DNA of 64,000 nt, taken from the NCBI RefSeq assembly GCF_009914755.1, contig NC_060947.1. One strand, written 5' to 3'. Shown piece after piece: positions 61,781 through 64,000 of this stretch (its first letter is position 1; each line of letters opens with the position of its first letter). The position numbers were made by a program, and so were the translations under genes. The DNA comes from the human T2T-CHM13v2.0 reference genome, Homo sapiens. The notes beneath the pieces are model-generated. The model was given only the letters and a program-made list of their open reading frames with translations. It searched no databases and had not been told where the DNA came from.

Positions 61781-62004
61781 AACACAAATATCAGCCAAAC
61801 AACAATTTCCCCTGTTTGCTGTCCTTCTTAGCTCTCAATTGCATGGCAAGTCCTATCTGTAATCCTCTAGTTGGGAAAATAAATCAAATCCCATTACATT
61901 TGTTCCTGGCCTACCCCAAATTCTGGCTGACCTCAGGCTTGTGGCCATCTAGAAGTTTAATTTCTTCCAGATGTGCCATTCTCTAGACTGACATGTCGTT
62001 GTGA

Positions 62005-62180
62005 AGCCCCAGTGTGTTATGGAAAGAGCACTGGGCTTGGAGTTCAACTATATATGGATTCAAATCTCAACTCTAAGGAACATTGAATTGGTTTCTCATT
62101 ACTCTGCAGCTTTAATTTTTTCTCTTGAACATTCTTCTAAAGACTGTATCAAAATGGGCAATATCACTTGCACCATGGGT
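62005..62180 (+). mobile_element. MIR SINE
   Basis: 'tggaaagagcactgggcttggagttca...tggattcaaatctcaactct'. Confidence 0.6.
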
Positions 62181-63299
62181 AAGTACCACTTTCACTTTTA
62201 CTGATTATATTCATAACATCTGTTTTGCTTGATTTACTTGCTTCTTCCAATTTTCTTTTGTTGACCCTTTCTTTCTATGCATTTACTAAAAGGACGCTTT
62301 ATAACCCAAACAGTGAACCAGATAGCTGCTGCAGGAAATGTTTGAAATGAGGCAGCTCAATTTAGCTGGATTGTTCTGTCAGTGGGTTACAGGAAGAAGT
62401 TCGTAAGGTGCCTAATGAGGAAACTAAAAAGTTTTCCAGCTTCTCCTTTGTTGGGTCTTCATCTTATAGTGTCATTATTTTGTTTTAATGAATTCCCAGA
62501 ACAATAGGTACACCCATCTGAAACTATGACTACAGGACACATTCCAAAGCCAGAGATAAGTTATTTTTGGACTCCCTGTACCTTTACTTCCCATGATTTG
62601 TTTGGCTAATGTAGAGTTGCTGGAACCATGTATTTTAAATCACTTCCTGAGTGAAACATAACCAGCGAGGGGAGAGAGAGGGAAAGGAATTCTGCATTAC
62701 TTTGCAAATTTTCTTGCTTTTTCTTTCTGTGCTAGTCACCATATGGGACTCATGGACATTTAATAAATTTACACTAAAAGAAAACTTACTGAATTGTGCT
62801 ACTCTCTTAGCCTCAGTTCTTCTCATCAGCTAAAATGGTTCTTGTTTTTAGCTAAGATTTGTAGAAACCTTGAGTGCCTGCTTGCGAGGTTGAGTGCTTT
62901 TTGTAGGTTTGTCAAATGTAAATCTCAGAGTGAGACAAACATTAACCATAAATATTGACTCTGATGCTGCCTACATTTATAAAGGAAAGATGATTTGTCT
63001 TGTTTGGATTTTATTATTTGTGTTTAGGTTAATATTATTTTCACTGTTTTTTCCCTTGTCCTGCTATTAAGGTTAAAGTAGCAATAAAAGTGTCTATTGG
63101 AGTTCTTGGTAATTCAGGACTGTAGCTTGAGGGAGAAATGAGAGCTAGAAATAGTAAGTTTCCTTAATAAATCAGGTTAAATCTGGGAAATATCTGTTAT
63201 CTGAGTTACATAGGAGCTAAGATCCAGAGCAAAGTGGAGGGGCTGTTTGTTTTCTTTTTTCTTTGTATTTATTTTGTTTGTTTAAAGAGGACATCTGTG

Positions 63300-64000
63300 C
63301 ATGTAGGTGGCCTTGCTTAGGGAGTCAGAGCCCAAGTGATATGAGAAGGGCACCCACTCAGGTGGTTGGCTTGAATACTAGAACTTAAACACATTGAAGA
63401 TGACATCTGGACTTCCACATGGATATATGGCTTGCTGTGGGTGTCAGAGGCTGAGCAGGGTAAAGAAGGAATCTACATGGAGTAGTAGTTCAGTTGTGTG
63501 AGTCAACCTGACAGGTATGAGGAGATCATCTGTGCAGAGAAGAGTTGAGGAAAAGATAGGAGACTGGTTATATACAGGAGGATTGTTCAAGAAAGTAAAA
63601 AAATTAAAAGATTTTTCATTGTTAATGAAGGGGAAGGTACATATATAGGAAGAGAAAAGACTAAATTGAGCCTTGTTATGTTGGATTGGAATCAGATATA
63701 AGTGAAAACTTATGTTTTTTACATGTGTAAATATTGATATATGTAAAACATACATGTTGTCAATATATATAGGTGGATGTGAAAATATATGTGAAAGTGT
63801 GTGTGTGTTCCCTACCTATGTCCATTGGGGAGCAGCAACCCGAATAACAATGAGCACCCAGAACATGTCTTTTAAATACCACCCCCAACTAAAAGGACTC
63901 AGAGTTCCTGGAAGAAATGGCTGATATTGGAGATGGAGCATGAAAATACAAGATGAGTCTGGAATGTCTTTTGTGACAGAAATTAAGTTAATTCTCAAAG
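63300..64000 (+). mobile_element. Old L1 3' region (L1MC3/L1MD-like), running off the window
   Basis: 'aaataccacccccaactaaaaggactcagagttcctggaagaaatggctgat...aaaatacaagatgagtctggaa'. Confidence 0.6.

Noticed and set aside
62292-62402. Possible exon (AAG| ... TTC|GTAAGG)
   Set aside because: Splice signals are weak and I recognise no CLCN5 peptide.

Overview
This is primate, almost certainly human, genomic DNA with no cellular protein-coding exon that I can recognise. Eight pre-miRNAs on the + strand match the X-linked cluster miR-532/188/500a/362/501/500b/660/502. From established knowledge, that places the window inside a large intron of CLCN5. These eight genes are survivors of a larger, decayed tandem array (~24.2-41.6 kb) with about a dozen further relic hairpin copies, shared flanks and a co-amplified L2 fragment. 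The right half holds a full-length L1HS (Ta-0 diagnostics, - strand) with intact ORF1 and ORF0 but a twice-frameshifted ORF2. Its 15-bp target-site duplication lies 262 bp beyond the L1 5' end, which indicates a 5' transduction. The window also has three 5'-inverted L1PA insertions with TSDs, a piggyBac MER85 MITE, and Alu, MIR, L2, old L1 and hAT fossils. Repeat and miRNA names come from recalled consensus sequences, not a database search.
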